Below, piece by piece: positions 59,230 through 64,000 of a stretch of 64,000 nucleotides of DNA; within the stretch, counting starts at the first letter, position 1, and each line of letters begins with the position of its first letter. Position numbers and translations under genes: made by a program. The stretch covers positions 187,054,001 to 187,118,000 of the forward strand of contig OZ024743.1 in NCBI GenBank assembly GCA_964016885.1, given 5' to 3'. Below the pieces are notes generated by a model. That model had not been told where the DNA came from and ran no database searches. It was given only the letters and a program-made list of their open reading frames with translations. Source of the stretch: Eledone cirrhosa. Its lineage: Eukaryota.

Positions 59230-60945
59230 TAGGCACTGATCTCATGGATTAAGCAAAGAATCCTATGTTCAAAGGCATTCGAACCATTATCATCCAGTTT
59301 ATCCTTATTTTTCTCTTTCAGATAGAATGTGTCCTTTAAACTTAATTTGGTGCCTGCAAGTGCCAAAGAGGAATGGGAGATGTTGGATGGGAATATAGTC
59401 CATAAATTGAATGTGCTCATAAGAACACAAATTGCACCCTGGAACACAAATTTGCCTCATTCTGCTAAGATGCCTATTGAGTAAGACAGTCCAAAACGAA
59501 AACACTGCCTCGGACATCCAGGCGTCAGGAAGAGATGGATCATATTCGGAGGAAAAAAAAGGGATCTCAAGAAACAGATGACGGTTGCCTCTGTCTTTCA
59601 GATCCAAGGGTTAGAAGAACTCTGGAGAGATCTCAAAACAAGACATGGTGCTCTCAGCAAAGCAGAAACAGCTAGGAAGAAAAAGGCACGAGATTGCTTC
59701 TTCAGAGGCTTTTTCCAGAAAACCAGGAAACTCTTCGAAACAATCAAGATGAAGGACACTGAAAACAGATAATTTTAGAGCTACATAATTGTGGCACCAC
59801 TTGCAATGCAGGGTCTAGTTTGACCAGCTCTGCCAGAGGAATTGTTAGCTCTGCCAGAGGAATTGTTCAATGATAGGCCACCAACACTGGGTAAAATATT
59901 TTAAGTGGTTAAGGAAGCCAGGGCAAAATTATCACCGGGGCTGAATGGAATACCCTATCTGTTATACTAGAAATGTCCCAGAGTCCTTGAGTGGCCCCAC
60001 AAAATGATAAAGTCAGCATGGAAGAACTTGAAAATCAATGACCAACAGATGAGAGCCAATGGCTATATATATCCTGAAAAAGCAGAATTCAAGTGACGTT
60101 TAAAGTAAGATTTTCTTCTGTTATGGTCACAAGGCTAACTAGATACCTAATAGAGAATAAATATCTGAATATATCAGTCCAGAAAGGAAGCATCCCTGGT
60201 TGTACAGAACATGCTTCAATGATTTGGGAAGCAATTCAAAGAGCTAAAGCTGAAAAGAGAGACCTTGATATGGTGTTGCTTGATCTGGCAAATGCCTACA
60301 TTTTGGTCACACACAAGATGATACACCTAGCTCTCAAGATATACCATGTTTCAAAGAACATCCATGAAATGTCGAAGATGTATTTTCGCAGTTTCTCCAT
60401 GTGGTTCTCCACCAAAGAGTACACAACAGTCTGGATCAGTTTCGAGGTTGGCATAGCAATGGGAGCCAAATCCAAGCACATGGCGGAAAAATGTCTGCAG
60501 ATCATAGATCAATGTGGCCCTCATGGCAAATATGAGGTGTGGTGCTTGCAATTCATGTTGATCCCATAGCTTCTCTGGCTTCTACTGATATACGATATCA
60601 GCTCTAGTATGGTGGAGGCCATGGAAGCCAAAATCAACAAATACACAAGGAAGTGGTTTGGTGTCCCAATAGATCTCATTGATGTTGCACACTACTACTG
60701 TCAGGCCAAGCTGATGCTACTTGTCAAATTCATCGGAGTACAAAGTCAGAGCTTAAGACAGGCAGAAAATGGAAAGTCCAGGAGGTGGTAAATGCAGCAA
60801 AAGAAAGTCTTAAGATCAGAGATATAATGGGACGCACCCAGGCTAATAGGCTAGGACTGGGCATAACAAAAATGGAATGATATTTAAAAGCCAAGTGAAG
60901 CTGAGAAGGGATCTGAATTTACAGGAGGTGAAGAAGGAAGAGTAT
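59230..60945 (+). pseudogene. Decayed Hero-like (R2-group) non-LTR retrotransposon
   Basis: PPTL..ARAK.SPG.NGIPY, QKG.IPGCTEH..IWEAIQRAK, LDLANAY, GIAMG, GKY..WCLQ..LLW, RKWFGVP, TGRKW, RLGLG; catalytic DD region deleted; many stops. Confidence 0.75.
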
Positions 60946-63800
60946 CCAGCCTTGGCACACATTATGTCATGCTGAATCTCCCTGAGAACTATGTTAAGGG
61001 TGTACATGTTTAAAGAATGATGTCTGCAATGTGTGTAGATATAAACTCATGGTTGTATTAGCTTTTTAGCTGGATTACATTAGCATCAATTGTTGTACAA
61101 TTGAGGTACTAGTATCTTTTTCATATACTTTTATAAAGGGACAGTCACATCCATATTTATTTGCAAGCATTTCTAAACCTGGAAATAAGGACGTCAAGGT
61201 GTGGCAGTGAACTGGCAGTCATTAAAACATCAGATAGCATGTTTGTAGTATTCTTTTGGCTCTCTGCTCTGACAGTTCAACTTTGCCTTCCATCCATTTG
61301 AACTCAATAAAAATTTACCAATCTAGTACTGGGGTCAATTCTTCCTCTATATTTCTTTCTCTCACTCCACTCGCTATCTTTCACTGGAAGAAACTTGCTG
61401 GAAGGTGAAGAAGGTGTTGTCTATGATAATGGGGCCATGAAAAATGCTTCCAGTCCATTCGGTAAAATGATATTTCTGATACTATGATAAAACATACCCA
61501 GTATATATTGTAAAGTGGTTGGTGTTAAGACGGGTATTCAGCTATAGAAACCATGCCAAAATGGAACATATGGCCAAAGTCTGGCCATCTGATCTGTGAA
61601 ATTTGTGATAATGATGAGGATTATATATATGTACATATAACCAAAAATGATGATATATCTAACTATGCTAGCGTGGAAGATGGACGTTAAACAAAGATGA
61701 TGATATGTGTGTGTGTGTGTGTGTGTGTTTGTGTACATGTATGTAAATATGTATATTTATGTTTGAATATATTTTTAATACTTTTCTTGATCCTCCTGAT
61801 TAAGTTGAGGCCATGCTGGGGGACTGCCTTAAATAGATTTAAGCAATCATATTAACCTCAGTACTTGTAATTTTCAAGTGTGGTATTTATTTTATCAATA
61901 TTCTTTATTAAGCCACTAAATTATGGGATATAAACACATACACAAACACAAATATAAACACAGACATGTATATGCCCACACAGATGTATGTCTCGATGGC
62001 CTTGTGATAGGTATGAGAGAACAATGGAAATCCTATTCTGGGGTTCAATCCTGGTGAGGAACTACACACAGGTGTCTTACTGAACTTTTCAAAATGGCAG
62101 TGCCGCAGTATGGACTCAGCCTGTTAGCTGGAACACATTAAAGAGTAAAAGGTTGTGTGTGTGTGTGCACACGCGCTTGTCTCTTATCTTTTCTTTGTGT
62201 ATTCAACATATGTTCCATGTAAAAAAAAGACCTTGCTGCCAAGTGTTTCAATGTGCAAAGATCCATACTTTACTTAAAAGAAACAATCAAGGGTTAGAAT
62301 CAGGAAAGGCATCTGGCTGTAGAATTCTGCCTCAAATAATCTCCTCTAAACTCATACCACCATGGGGAAAATGGATATAAAACTAATGATGAGGTTGTTG
62401 ATGATATTTATTTGTGACTTTCTCATTATCTTTATGCATGGACTGTTGTTTTCTTTAATGTATTAATTTCTTGTTGTCAGAGTCCTTCATGTATTTTTAT
62501 ATGTGTAGTACTTCAGTCAGCTTTCCTTACTCATTCCGTTTGTTATGCATCCTTCTATCAATCATTGTTTGTTCTCAATATAGACCTCATTCCACTTGAT
62601 TTAAAAAAAAAAAAAATGTTTCCATTCTTTATTTGTTTGCTGACAAGCAACTTCAGAAAAATATAGCAAAAATAATCTTATATGCATGTCTGATGTGATA
62701 GCATCTGGAATATCCCCAAAAATGTGAAATATTTCTCTTTTCCCCCTAATTCCTTTGGATTTTGAAGTATTTTCGTACAAAATATTAATGTTTTGTTTTT
62801 CTATACTTTTAATCTAGTTGAATCTCTTTCATAATTATTTTAATAACATTTGTTTATTTTTATATTAAAAGGTTTGCTGCGTTTTTAATAATTTTCTTCA
62901 TTTTGTTGGATTTCTGCTCCTTTTGGCATTTCTGTAAAACTTCATTTTGCTTTTATCTTTTGTTAGTCTCTTTGCTTCAATATTGTGTATGCTTGAATCA
63001 ATCATTTCCCATTCTTAAACACTGAAGATTCATTCTATTTGATACAGTGCAAATCTTTTTCCAATCTAATTTCTTTGTAGTTTAGCAACTGCAGGAAAAT
63101 ACAGCAAAATTGTTTTTTCACCTTTTGCAGATCTAACAAAATATGGAGTACCCCACAAAATGTCAGTTATTTTGCTTTGCTTTAATTCTCTTTGAATTTG
63201 GAGTATTTTTATGAAAAGTGAAAATTTTCTAAATTTTTCTTCAACTTAAAACATTTTTAGAAATATTTTAATATTTTTCTTGTGTTGTAATTTTGAATAA
63301 TTTTTCTCGCTTTTACCAGATTTTACTTTAATATTGTCTTTGTGCTGCTTGACATTTTGGCTTAACTGCCTGTTCCTTGTCTTTACTTGCAACTGTGTTG
63401 TTGGATATATCTTTTCATTACTAGTTTTTTTTGAAAGGTGGGATAGATTGCTAGACATTTAAGTTTTATATCAAATATTGAAATAAAATATAACTGCAAA
63501 CAATGCTAAATGGATCATTACATACTCAAAGATGTTTATACAATGTTACAAGATTGATAATTAGGATTTGATGATAAAAGTACCAATACAGCATTGTTAT
63601 TAAACATATTGTAATGATTTCTGTATATGTATTTATTCATAAACATAATGTGTTGGTGCATTTGTTCTTATGTATATAGAGAAGGAATCCTTGTTATCCC
63701 TTTAGCATTTAAACCGGCTGTATCCAGCCAGAATTATCTCACCGCTTTCTGTTCAAACAGAAAGCTGTGAGATAATTCAATTCTTAGGGTCTTAAAGCAG

Positions 63801-64000
63801 CATTCATTATTTTGGAAGTAACATTAGCAAGTTAAACAACTGAAATCTGACTAATCTACGAGATTATGAGAACAATACCTTAACATCAGTATGAGGGGTC
63901 GGCCCCTCATACTGATGTTAAGGTATTGTTCTCATAATCTCGTAGATTAGTCAGATTTCAGTTGTTTAACTTGCTAATGTTACTTCCAAAATAATGAATG
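63801..64000. repeat. Perfect palindrome centred at 63900, running off the window end
   Basis: 63801-63898 is the reverse complement of 63903-64000; centre TCGG. Confidence 0.95.

Overview
Eukaryotic, AT-rich, repeat-dominated DNA. Giant (TA)n arrays, CORE-type tRNA SINEs and RTE LINEs with (GAT)n tails suggest a coleoid cephalopod such as Octopus (inference). No host gene can be named. Almost all long ORFs in the supplied track are (TA)n/(CA)n translation artefacts. Real coding remnants are all retroelements: a near-intact 5'-truncated RTE LINE plus fragments, a CR1-group LINE, a Penelope-like (PLE) GIY-YIG endonuclease with inverted pLTRs, a decayed Hero-like element and an I-group 3' fragment. 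There are also two abundant tRNA-SINE families and small hAT and Tc1/mariner MITEs. The main signal found by reading the sequence is a set of minimal type-I hammerhead ribozyme motifs from several sequence families, with (near-)palindromic stem III. They sit in PLE pLTRs, in a 395-bp retrozyme-like partial tandem, and in a 212-bp-arm fold-back whose ribozyme has a compensatory U3:A8 core and a branched stem II. Alongside them are a (TA)n-embedded non-coding hairpin element whose two arms co-vary copy by copy, and unusually long flanking duplications (about 65-188 bp) around RTE/SINE insertions. All alignments and folds were done by eye.
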